Shown one piece after another: positions 35,172-43,534 of a stretch of 64,000 bases of DNA. The stretch is taken from the NCBI GenBank assembly GCA_035627695.1, contig DASPLE010000112.1, positions 5,626 to 69,625 of the forward strand. The letters run 5' to 3'. How positions within the stretch are numbered: position 1 is the stretch's first letter; every line of letters starts with the position of its first letter. The notes beneath the pieces were generated by a model. That model saw only the letters and a list, made by a program, of their open reading frames with translations, was not told the DNA's origin and searched no databases. The DNA is from Planctomycetota bacterium. Lineage in GTDB: Bacteria; Planctomycetota; UBA11346. The position numbers and the translations under genes were made by a program.

Positions 35172-35633
35172 ATGCTCAACGACCTGTTCGCGCCACGCTA
35201 CGCCAGCGGCTTCGACCGCAGCTTCGACCGCATGGTCGACGACATGGCGCGGCTCTTCAACCAGTCGTGGGCGACGCCCTGGCGCACGAGCGCCGCCGGC
35301 GGCTTCCCCGCGAGCGAACTGTGGACCGACGAGAAGGGCGAGACCGCCGCGTTGACCCTCGAGGTGCCCGGATGCCGCGCGGAGGACATCGAGGTGTCCG
35401 TGGTCGGCAGCTCGCTGACCATCAAGGGCAGGCGCACCGTCGAGCTGCCCGAGAAGGGCGCGACGTGGCTGCTGCGCGAGCGCGCCGACGCCGAGTGGAA
35501 CCAGACGGTCAACCTGCCGTTCGACGTCGAAGCGGGGCAGGAGAAGGCGTCGTTCCGCGACGGCGTCCTGTGCATCACGCTCAAGCGCTCGGGCAAGGAC
35601 GCCCCGCGCCGCATCCCGCTGTCCGATCGCTGA
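35172..35633 (+). CDS. Hsp20/alpha-crystallin small heat-shock protein
   Basis: In-frame ATG at 35172 (track ORF 34980..35633). ACD pattern ...LTLEVPGCRAEDIEVSVVGSSLTIKG...ASFRDGVLCITL. Confidence 0.9.
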   Translation: MLNDLFAPRYASGFDRSFDRMVDDMARLFNQSWATPWRTSAAGGFPASELWTDEKGETAALTLEVPGCRAEDIEVSVVGSSLTIKGRRTVELPEKGATWLLRERADAEWNQTVNLPFDVEAGQEKASFRDGVLCITLKRSGKDAPRRIPLSDR

Positions 35634-35659
35634 TCCGCAACCCACACCTGGAGAGAACC

Positions 35660-36082
35660 ATGGCGAATTCCAACGACGAACGCGGCGTCTCCTCGCGGGG
35701 CGCGGGTCGGGACGTCGCGACCACGACGCGCGAGACCGCTCCCGACCGCGAGCGGCGCATCGCGGCGCCCTGCGACGCCTACGAGACCGCCGACCGCATC
35801 GTGATCCTCGCCGACATGCCCGGCGTCGATCAGGAGCACCTCGAGGTCACCCTGCACCGCGGCACGTTGCTCATGCGCGGGCGCGCCGGCAAGCCCGTGC
35901 CGGAGCACCTGCGTCCCTTCAGCGATGACGACGCGACGACCGTCTACGAGCGCACGCTCCAGGTCGCATCGTCGATCGATCCGGAGAAGGTCAGCGCGAC
36001 CATGAGCGATGGCGTCCTGCGCATCGAGCTGGCGAAGCCGCAGGAGGAGCGTCCGCGGCGCATCGCGATCAACCGCGGCTGA
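35660..36082 (+). CDS. Hsp20/alpha-crystallin small heat-shock protein (second copy)
   Basis: ATG at 35660 with GGAGAG upstream (track ORF 34967..36082). IVILADMPGVDQEHLEVTLHRGTLLMRG...ATMSDGVLRIEL. Confidence 0.85.
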   Translation: MANSNDERGVSSRGAGRDVATTTRETAPDRERRIAAPCDAYETADRIVILADMPGVDQEHLEVTLHRGTLLMRGRAGKPVPEHLRPFSDDDATTVYERTLQVASSIDPEKVSATMSDGVLRIELAKPQEERPRRIAINRG

Positions 36083-36090
36083 ATCACGGA

Positions 36091-36120
36091 GGCGCCTGCG
36101 TCGCAGCCGACGCAGGCGCC
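36091..36120. terminator. Strong hairpin between convergent hsp20 and AraC genes
   Basis: GGCGCCTGCGTCG-cagc-CGACGCAGGCGCC, a 13-bp perfect stem 9 nt after the hsp20 stop. No T-run on either side. Confidence 0.45.
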
Positions 36121-36161
36121 GTCCGGGCATCGGACGCGCCTCGATGAGACGCCCGTTGCCC

Positions 36162-37013
36162 TCACGGGAGGCGGTGGCGCGCCCGCCGGAATTCGGTCGG
36201 GCTGGCGCGATGGTGGCGGCGGAACGCGCGCGAGAAGTAGAACGGGTCCTCGTAGCCGCAGGCGCGGGCGACCTGCGCGATGGCGCGGTCATCGGCGGCG
36301 AGCAGGGCCGCGGCCTGATCCATGCGGCGGCGGGCGATGAACGCGTGCGGCGGCACGCCGAAGGCGGCGGTGAAGGCGCGGCGGAACTGCACGGCGCCGA
36401 TGCCCGAGGCCCGGGCCAGCAGCGGGATCGGCACACCGGCGGGGAAGCGCCGTTCGATCAGCGCGATCGCGGGAGCGAAGCGTTCGCGCTGCGCGGCGAT
36501 CGCGACCTCGTCCCGCGCGACGCGATCCAGGGCGGCGCCGGCGACCGCCAGCGCGAACGCGTGCACGGCCGCGGACAGCGCCGCGCCGCCGCCGGCGACG
36601 TGCTCGGCGAGACGGCGGTACATCGGACGCCACCACCGCCAGTCGCCCTCCGGCCACGCCAGGACCTCGCGCACCTGCGCGAGGCGCTGCGTCAACGGCA
36701 GGCCGTCGGCGGTGAAGTGCAGCCAGTGCACGCGCATCGCGCGCTCGCAGACGTGGGCGTTCGCGGCATGCGCCGGGATCAGGTAGACGCTGCCGGGCCG
36801 CAGGTCGGTCCACGCGCCGCCGAGGCAGTACCGGGCGCCGCCCGATATCGGCACGTAGATGCGGTTGAAATCGCGGCGATACGCGCGCGGCTTCGACCAT
36901 CGCGGATCGCAGTGGTAGAGCCCGCCGGCGATGACCGAGACCGAGCTGGTGGCCATGCCCACGACCCTACCCGTGGCGATCGTTTCATCCAGGCGCTTCG
37001 CTCTGGTGTCCAT
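36162..37013 (-). CDS. AraC-family transcriptional regulator
   Basis: ORF-track 283 aa. HTH VQFRRAFTAAFGVPPHAFIARRRM and IAQVARACGYEDPFYFSRAFRRHHRASPTEFR. The start is uncertain: an alternative ATG at 36956 would leave the repeats below intergenic. Confidence 0.8.
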   Translation of the reverse strand: MDTRAKRLDETIATGRVVGMATSSVSVIAGGLYHCDPRWSKPRAYRRDFNRIYVPISGGARYCLGGAWTDLRPGSVYLIPAHAANAHVCERAMRVHWLHFTADGLPLTQRLAQVREVLAWPEGDWRWWRPMYRRLAEHVAGGGAALSAAVHAFALAVAGAALDRVARDEVAIAAQRERFAPAIALIERRFPAGVPIPLLARASGIGAVQFRRAFTAAFGVPPHAFIARRRMDQAAALLAADDRAIAQVARACGYEDPFYFSRAFRRHHRASPTEFRRARHRLP

Positions 37014-37071
37014 GTCATGGGGATGTCCGCGCCACTAGGCTGCCGACGGATCATCCATCGTTTCATCCAGG
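36979..37071. promoter_or_regulatory. Two perfect 15-nt direct repeats ATCGTTTCATCCAGG, 78 bp apart, in the AraC/PhyH divergent region
   Basis: Copies at 36979-36993 and 37057-37071. A third TCATCCA lies at 37051-37057. This patch is the AT-richest of the region. Confidence 0.35.
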
Positions 37072-37078
37072 ATCAGCC

Positions 37079-37915
37079 ATGGACCACCGCCCCACCTTCG
37101 CCATGGTCCCGACCGATGCCGAGCTGCGCACCGTACCGCGCGACCTGAGCTACCACCCGAGCCCGGTGCGGACGCCACGCACGCTCACGGCCGAGCAGGT
37201 CGCGCGCTTCGACCGCGACGGCCACCTGAGCGGCCTGCGCATCTTCGCTCCCGACGAGATCGCCGCGCATCGCGCCTACTTCGACGACCTGCTGGCGCGC
37301 GTCCTCGCAACGGGCGGCGACAGCTACTCGATCAGCACCGCGCACCTGCGCTACGCGCCGGTCTACGACCTGCTGCGCGAGCCGCGCATCGTCGCGGTGG
37401 TCAGGGACCTGCTCGGCGACGACGTCGTGGCGTGGGGCTCGCACTACTTCTGCAAGATGCCCGGCGACGGCAAGGTCGTCGACTGGCACCAGGACGCGAG
37501 CTACTGGCCGCTGACGCCGGCGAAGACCGTGACGGTGTGGCTGGCGATCGACGACGCGCGCGTCGACAACGCCTGCATGCGCTACATCCCGGGCACGCAC
37601 CGCCTCGGGCACCTGACGTACGCGCTGAACGAGGGCGCGTCGGACGCCGTGCTGCCGCAGTCGGTCGCCGGGGCCGAATCGCTCGGCACGCCGATCGACG
37701 TCGAGCTGGACGCCGGCATGGTCGCGATCCACAGCGACCTGCTCCTGCACGGCTCGCGGGCCAACACCTCGACGCGGCGTCGCTGCGGCCTGACCCTGCG
37801 CTACTGCGCCGCCGACGTGCGCGCCGGGCTCGGCTGGGCGGAGAAGGGCACCGTCGTCGCGGGTCGCGACCGCGATGGCCACTGGGGCGACCCGCCGCGC
37901 CCGACCGGACGCTGA
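37079..37915 (+). CDS. Phytanoyl-CoA dioxygenase (PhyH)-family oxygenase
   Basis: ORF-track 278 aa. WHQDASYWPL, IPGTHRLGHL, HGSRANTSTRRRCGLTLRY. Confidence 0.85.
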   Translation: MDHRPTFAMVPTDAELRTVPRDLSYHPSPVRTPRTLTAEQVARFDRDGHLSGLRIFAPDEIAAHRAYFDDLLARVLATGGDSYSISTAHLRYAPVYDLLREPRIVAVVRDLLGDDVVAWGSHYFCKMPGDGKVVDWHQDASYWPLTPAKTVTVWLAIDDARVDNACMRYIPGTHRLGHLTYALNEGASDAVLPQSVAGAESLGTPIDVELDAGMVAIHSDLLLHGSRANTSTRRRCGLTLRYCAADVRAGLGWAEKGTVVAGRDRDGHWGDPPRPTGR

Positions 37916-38080
37916 TCGCGCGGCTGCGCTGCCGGCGCGCTCCGCCATCGGTCAAGCCGCGCTCCGGTGGGCCGATCATTCCCGCTTTGGCGACCGTTCC
38001 GCTGGATGGCGCCCGCCAAGTCGCTGCGCCTCCCGCCCTTCCGCGCTGACATCGCCGGCGCCACCCCCATCAAGGCATCC

Positions 38081-39379
38081 ATGAGCATCTCCTGCGGCAC
38101 CGGCCGACGCGTCATCAACCCCGAGATCGGCCACGTGCTGTGCGGCTACGGCCCCTACGCCAACACCGGCGTGCACGACGACATCGTCGTCACCGCCCTG
38201 TGGCTGGACGACGGTCAGCAGCGCGCCGTGCTGCTGAACTACGATCTGATCGGGCTGCGCTCGATCACCGCCAAGCGCATCCGCACCGCGGTGGCGCGGA
38301 CGGTCGGGATCCCGATGGACCGGGTGTTCACCGTCTGCACCCACGTCCATTCCGGGCCGAACGTGATCGAGGTCCGGGTGCACGGCGAGGCGGGCCCCAA
38401 CCCGGAGTGCCGCGCCGACTACCTCGAGCGCCTCCTCGTCTGGTCGACCGAGGCCGCGGCCGACGCGAAGTCGGACGGCGAGGACTGCATCCTGCGCTAC
38501 AACTTCACCGACACCGACGGCAACATGAACCGGCGCTTCAACTTCCCCGACCGCCGCGGCGCGTACATCCCGGACAACAAGCAGCTCATCGGCCAGTCGC
38601 GCGAGTACGTCGACCGCGAGCTGGGCATCATCGCCTTCCGCAAGAAGGGCACGCTGAACCGCTACAAGGCGATCATCACCAACTACACCTGCCACCCGCT
38701 GTGCGTCGGCAACTCCTCCGACCTGGTCACCGCCGATTTCCCGGGCGTGCTGCGCCGCACCGTCGAGGAGACCTTCGCCGGCAGCCGCTGCCTGACCACC
38801 ACCGGCGCGGCCGGCGACAACCACCCGCTGATGCCCGAGTCGGGCTTCGCGAGCGCCGAGGACATGGGCAGGCGCCTCGGCCGCCTGGCGATCATGCGCG
38901 CCTACGATTCGGTCGCGGCGGACGACCAGAGCCTGCGCCTCGCGCACGTCGACGTGGCGATGGCGGTGCGCGACGAGACCACCGCGGGCATGCAGCCGGA
39001 GGCTTTCGCCCGCACCCACCCGCTGAAGAAGGATCGCGCGCCGTTGCGCACCGAGGTCAGCCTGATCGGCATCGGTCCGGTGCTGCTCGCCGGATTCCCG
39101 GGCGAACCGATGGCGGAACAGGGCGCGATGCTGAAGTGGCAGAGCCCGTTCCTCAAGACCTACGCGCTGTTCACCGCGACCGACAACCTCGGTTACTTCC
39201 CGACCACCAACCAGTTCCTGTGGGGCGGCTACGAGACCAACACCAGCCTCTTCGCGCATAGCGCGGGCGACGGGCTGGTGCGCGACATCCTGACCGGGGC
39301 GCATCGCCTGGTGGCCGAGCGGCCGCTGACGCTGTCGACCACCGACGGCGCGTTCGAGGACGGCAGCCCCGCCGCCTGA
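38081..39379 (+). CDS. Neutral/alkaline non-lysosomal ceramidase-like hydrolase (PF04734-like N-terminal domain)
   Basis: In-frame ATG at 38081 (track ORF 37967..39379). INPEIGHVLCGYGPYANTGVHDDIVVTALWLDDGQQRAVLLNYDLIGL and CTHVHSGP. Confidence 0.6.
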   Translation: MSISCGTGRRVINPEIGHVLCGYGPYANTGVHDDIVVTALWLDDGQQRAVLLNYDLIGLRSITAKRIRTAVARTVGIPMDRVFTVCTHVHSGPNVIEVRVHGEAGPNPECRADYLERLLVWSTEAAADAKSDGEDCILRYNFTDTDGNMNRRFNFPDRRGAYIPDNKQLIGQSREYVDRELGIIAFRKKGTLNRYKAIITNYTCHPLCVGNSSDLVTADFPGVLRRTVEETFAGSRCLTTTGAAGDNHPLMPESGFASAEDMGRRLGRLAIMRAYDSVAADDQSLRLAHVDVAMAVRDETTAGMQPEAFARTHPLKKDRAPLRTEVSLIGIGPVLLAGFPGEPMAEQGAMLKWQSPFLKTYALFTATDNLGYFPTTNQFLWGGYETNTSLFAHSAGDGLVRDILTGAHRLVAERPLTLSTTDGAFEDGSPAA

Positions 39380-39455
39380 GCGCGTCCCCGGGACGGGGAC
39401 GTCGGCGGTTGCGCCGGGCGGTCGGCGGCGAAGACATCCTCACGAGGCGCAGCAC

Positions 39456-40265
39456 ATGAGCGACCGTCCCCTGCAGCGCGACGACCTGGTCCGCGACCTG
39501 CGCCAGCGCTGCGCGATCCGCCCCGGCGCCATCCTCATCGTCCACGCGTCGCTGAAGGCGATCGGCCGGGTCGAGGGCGGCGCCGCGACCGTCGTCGCCG
39601 CGCTGCAGGAGGCGCTGACCACGAGCGGCACGCTGCTCATGCCGACGTTCTCGCACCCGACCCGCGACGGCGTCTGGCGCATGGCCGACACGCCGAGCCG
39701 CACCGGCGCCGTCACCGAGGCGCTGCGCACGGGCGCCGGCGCCGTGCGCAGCCTCCATCCGACGCATTCGGTCACCGCCTGGGGCGCGCGCGCCGGCGAA
39801 CTGACCGAAGGGCACGAGCGCACGTCCGGACTGGGCGTCGGAAGCCCGTTCCACCGGGCCGTCGAAGCCGGCGCCGACCTCCTGATGATCGGCTGCGACC
39901 TGACCTCGTGCAGCCTCGTCCACGTCGCCGAGGCGCTGGTGCGCGCGCCGTATCTCGGCCGCGTGTTCTACGACGGCTACGAGCGCGACCTCACGGCGTT
40001 CGATCGCGCCGGCCGCCAGCGCGCATTCCCGCCGGTCGACGTGCCGACCGACTCGGCGGGCTTCGTCGTCGTGCAGCAGGCGCTGGAGAAGCAGCGCGCC
40101 ATCGCCCACGTCGGGCTCGGCGAGGCGCCATGCCTGCGCTTCACCGGGCGGGCGTGCCTCGATGCCGCGGTGGTCCTGCTGCGCGCCGATCCGGCGGCAT
40201 TGCTCTGCGCGTCGCCGACGTGCGCGGTGTGCATCAAGGCGCGGACGATCGTGCGCGGCGGCTGA
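39456..40265 (+). CDS. Aminoglycoside N3-acetyltransferase (AAC(3)/Antibiotic_NAT) family protein
   Basis: ORF-track 269 aa. ILIVHASLKAIG.VEGGA..VV.AL, GTLLMPTFS, RTGAVTEA, SLHPTHSV.AWG, and SLVHVAE are typical of PF02522. Confidence 0.8.
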   Translation: MSDRPLQRDDLVRDLRQRCAIRPGAILIVHASLKAIGRVEGGAATVVAALQEALTTSGTLLMPTFSHPTRDGVWRMADTPSRTGAVTEALRTGAGAVRSLHPTHSVTAWGARAGELTEGHERTSGLGVGSPFHRAVEAGADLLMIGCDLTSCSLVHVAEALVRAPYLGRVFYDGYERDLTAFDRAGRQRAFPPVDVPTDSAGFVVVQQALEKQRAIAHVGLGEAPCLRFTGRACLDAAVVLLRADPAALLCASPTCAVCIKARTIVRGG

Positions 40266-40286
40266 GCGACCGCGCCCGAGCGGAGA

Positions 40287-40317
40287 GCGCGAAGCGCGAA
40301 GCTCGAAGCTCGAAGCC
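40287..40317 (+). repeat. Heptamer microsatellite (GCGCGAA)x2 (GCTCGAA)x2
   Basis: Starts 22 nt after the stop of the AAC(3)-like gene. A downstream TTCGAGC at about 40343 can pair with the last unit. Confidence 0.85.
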
Positions 40318-40449
40318 GCGACGACGGTCGAATCCACTGGGTTTCGAGCGATTCCGCGGTCGCGAAGCCGCGTAACGACGAGCCCGGCGCCGGAGAATCG
40401 CTGCAGACGGCGCTGGCGCAGCCTGGGCGTCGCATCCTCCGGAGCAGCC

Positions 40450-41787
40450 ATGGCCGAAGTCATCCGCCGCGTGCGGCCGACGCCGAGCGACGCGTACCTC
40501 GCCAATCCCCACAAGGGCGCCTGCACCTTCCAGCGCTTCGCCGGCGATCCGCTGTTCGCCGGCACGGCGTGGTCCGAGCAGGGACCGCTCACCTTCCCGG
40601 AGCGCGCCTTCCCCGGCACGACGCCCGCCTACCTGCCGAGCACCGTGGCCTACTGCCGTTGGTACTGGCAGATGCTGGAGCCGGCGCCGGGCAGCTACGA
40701 GTTCGGCATCCTCGACCAGGCGCTGGCGACCGCGGCGGCGCGCGGGCAGACGCTGGCCATCCGCCTGATGCCGTTCGGCCATCCGGCGGATCCGCAGCTG
40801 CCGCGCTGGTATGCCGACCGCCACGGCGCGGACGCCAAGGGCCATCCGGATCACGACTCCGCCCCGTACCTGGAGCACTTCGGCGGGCTGATCCGCGAAG
40901 CCGGGCGTCGCTTCGACGGCGATCCGCGGCTCGAGTCGATCGACCTGGCGTACATCGGCTACTGGGGCGAAGGCGCCGGGACGTGCAGCGCCGAGCAGTG
41001 CCGGCGCTTCGCCGAGCTGTTCCGCGAATCGTTCCCGACCACGCCGCGCCTGGGCATGATGGGCGACGCGCAGATGCGCGCGGCGCTGGCGACCGGCACC
41101 GGCTGGCGCTGCGACTGCTTCGGCGACCTGCGCGCGCCGGGCGACGCGTGCGTCATGCGCCACCATTCGTGGAACCACATGCTGGAGGGCTATCCGCGCG
41201 CGATGGCCGAATGCGGCGCGGTCGACACCTGGCGCACCGCGCCCGTGCACTTCGAGACCTGCTGGGTGCCGATGACCTGGCAGCAGCGCGGCTTCGATCT
41301 CGACTACATCATCGGCCAGGGCCTGAAGTGGCACGGCACCTACTTCATGCCCAAGTCGTGCGGTCTGTCGCCGGAATGGGTCGATCAGCTTTCCGACTTC
41401 TGCCGCCGCCTCGGCTACCGCTACGTCCTGCGCCACGCCGCGCTGCAGAGCCCGACGCCGATCGCCGGCGGCTGGTTCGGCTTCCAGGCGTTCATCGAGA
41501 ACGTCGGCGTCGCGCCGATCTACCACCGCTACGATCTCGCGATCCGCCTGCGCCAGCGCGACCGCGAGGAGATCGTCACCGTCCCCGACGTCGATATCCG
41601 CACGTGGCTGCCGGGCGACGCCTGGATCGACCGCCGCATCCCCCTGCCGCCCGGCCTGCGTCCCGGCTGGGCCGACCTCGCGCTGGGCATCATCCGCCCC
41701 GGCGAGCGCGACGCGCGCGTGCGCTTCGCGGTCGAGGAGACCTTCGGCAACGGCTGGGTGTCGCTCGGCGGGATCGAGCTGGACTGA
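40450..41787 (+). CDS. DUF4874/DUF4832-like glycoside-hydrolase-fold protein
   Basis: In-frame ATG at 40450 (track ORF 40162..41787). NPHKGACTFQRF, YCRWYWQMLEP..G.Y.F, and IGYWGEGAG resemble the DUF4874/4832 family, from memory only. Confidence 0.6.
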   Translation: MAEVIRRVRPTPSDAYLANPHKGACTFQRFAGDPLFAGTAWSEQGPLTFPERAFPGTTPAYLPSTVAYCRWYWQMLEPAPGSYEFGILDQALATAAARGQTLAIRLMPFGHPADPQLPRWYADRHGADAKGHPDHDSAPYLEHFGGLIREAGRRFDGDPRLESIDLAYIGYWGEGAGTCSAEQCRRFAELFRESFPTTPRLGMMGDAQMRAALATGTGWRCDCFGDLRAPGDACVMRHHSWNHMLEGYPRAMAECGAVDTWRTAPVHFETCWVPMTWQQRGFDLDYIIGQGLKWHGTYFMPKSCGLSPEWVDQLSDFCRRLGYRYVLRHAALQSPTPIAGGWFGFQAFIENVGVAPIYHRYDLAIRLRQRDREEIVTVPDVDIRTWLPGDAWIDRRIPLPPGLRPGWADLALGIIRPGERDARVRFAVEETFGNGWVSLGGIELD

Positions 41788-41791
41788 CGCC

Positions 41792-43480
41792 ATGAGCGCC
41801 CAACCCATGTCCCGCGTCGCGCGACGCCGCGGCGCGGCGGTGCTGCTCGAAGTGCTGCACAGCGAGGGCGTCCGCTACATCTTCGGCAATCCGGGCACCA
41901 CCGAGCTGCCGCTGATGGACGCGCTGCACGCCGCTCCCGACATCGCCTACGTCCTCGGCCTGCAGGAGGCCAGCGTGGTGGCGATGGCCGACGGCTACGC
42001 CCAGGCGGCGCGCCGGCCCGGTTTCGTCAACCTGCACACCGCGGGCGGCCTCGGCCACGGCATGGGCAACCTGCTCAACGCCAGCGTTTCGGGCACGCCG
42101 CTGGTGATCACGGCGGGCCAGCAGGATTCGCGCCACACCATCACCGATCCGCTCCTGCTGGGCGACCTGGTGCGCATCGCCGCGCCGGCGGTGAAGTGGG
42201 GCCAGGAGGTCACGCACGCCGACCAGCTGCCGGTGCTGCTGCGCCGCGCCTTCCACGACGCGATGGCCGCCCCGACCGGAGCGGTCTTCCTCTCCCTGCC
42301 GATGGACGTCATGGAGGAGATGAGCGCGGTCGCGATCGACCAGCCGTCCACCATCGATCGCCGGCCGATCGCCGGATCGCTCGACGAGCTCGCCGGCCAC
42401 CTCGCCGCGATCGCGCCGGGTCGACTGGCGCTGATCGCCGGCGATGAGATCGACGCCAGCGACGCCGCCGCGCAGGTCGTGGCGCTGGCGGATCTGCTCG
42501 GCGCGCCCGTCTACGGCTCGTCGTGGCCGTCGCGCATCCCGTTCCCGACCTCGCATCCGCTGTGGGCGGGGAACCTGCCGACCAAGGCGAGCGCGATCGC
42601 GCAGCGGCTCGCCGGCTACGACGCGATCTTCGCGCTCGGCGGCAAGTCGCTGATCACCATCCTCTACAGCGAGGGGCCGGCCGTGCCGGCAGGCTGCGCC
42701 GTCTTCCAGCTCTCGGCCGACGTCCGCGACCTCGGACGGACGTACGCCACGCGGCTGTCGGTGGTCGGCGACATCCGTCGCTCGCTCGACGCCCTGCTGC
42801 CGCTGCTGGCGAACGCCGCGTCACGCAACGCGGCCGCGTACGCTGCGCTGCGCGCCGGCGCGGTCGCCGACCTGGCTCGCCGGCGCGCGGCGTTGGCGGC
42901 GACCGCGGCCGAGCAGATCGGGGCACCGGTCATGACGCCGCTGGTCGCCGCGCAGCAGGCGATGCGCGCGATCGGCCCGGACGTGGCGATCGTCGACGAG
43001 GCGATCGCCACCTCGGTCCACCTGCGCGGCTTCCTCGACAGCGGCTGGCCGCGCCAGTACTCGTTCCTGCGCGGCGGCGGCCTGGGCTGGGGCATGCCGG
43101 CCGCGGTGGGCTTCTCGCTGGGCCTCGATCGCGCGCCGGTGGTCTGCCTGGTCGGCGACGGCGCCGCGCTGTATTCGCCGCAGGCGCTGTGGACCGCGGC
43201 GCGCGAGGCGCTGCCGGTGACCTTCGTGGTGATGAACAACCGCGAATACAACGTGCTCAAGAACTTCATGCGTTCCCAGCCGCACTACCTCTCGACGCAG
43301 CGCGATCGTTTCATCGCCATGGACCTCGATCGCCCGGCGATCGACTTCCTCGCCCTGGCGCAGGCGCTCGGCGTCCCGGCGCGCCGCGTCGAGCGCGCGC
43401 AGGACGTCGCCGCGGCGATCGAGGCCGGCATCGCCTCGCGGCTCCCGAACCTGATCGAGGTGGTCATCAGCGCCGAGTGA
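41792..43480 (+). CDS. Thiamine-pyrophosphate enzyme, benzoylformate-decarboxylase/acetolactate-synthase-like
   Basis: ORF-track 562 aa. VRYIFGNPGTTELPLMDAL and a TPP-binding GDGAALYSPQALWTAAR...VVMNNREYN motif. Confidence 0.9.
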   Translation: MSAQPMSRVARRRGAAVLLEVLHSEGVRYIFGNPGTTELPLMDALHAAPDIAYVLGLQEASVVAMADGYAQAARRPGFVNLHTAGGLGHGMGNLLNASVSGTPLVITAGQQDSRHTITDPLLLGDLVRIAAPAVKWGQEVTHADQLPVLLRRAFHDAMAAPTGAVFLSLPMDVMEEMSAVAIDQPSTIDRRPIAGSLDELAGHLAAIAPGRLALIAGDEIDASDAAAQVVALADLLGAPVYGSSWPSRIPFPTSHPLWAGNLPTKASAIAQRLAGYDAIFALGGKSLITILYSEGPAVPAGCAVFQLSADVRDLGRTYATRLSVVGDIRRSLDALLPLLANAASRNAAAYAALRAGAVADLARRRAALAATAAEQIGAPVMTPLVAAQQAMRAIGPDVAIVDEAIATSVHLRGFLDSGWPRQYSFLRGGGLGWGMPAAVGFSLGLDRAPVVCLVGDGAALYSPQALWTAAREALPVTFVVMNNREYNVLKNFMRSQPHYLSTQRDRFIAMDLDRPAIDFLALAQALGVPARRVERAQDVAAAIEAGIASRLPNLIEVVISAE

Positions 43481-43534
43481 GCGTCGAACTCCCGGCGTCG
43501 ATCACCGCTCTTCCGCGCGCGTCCTCCGCCACTC

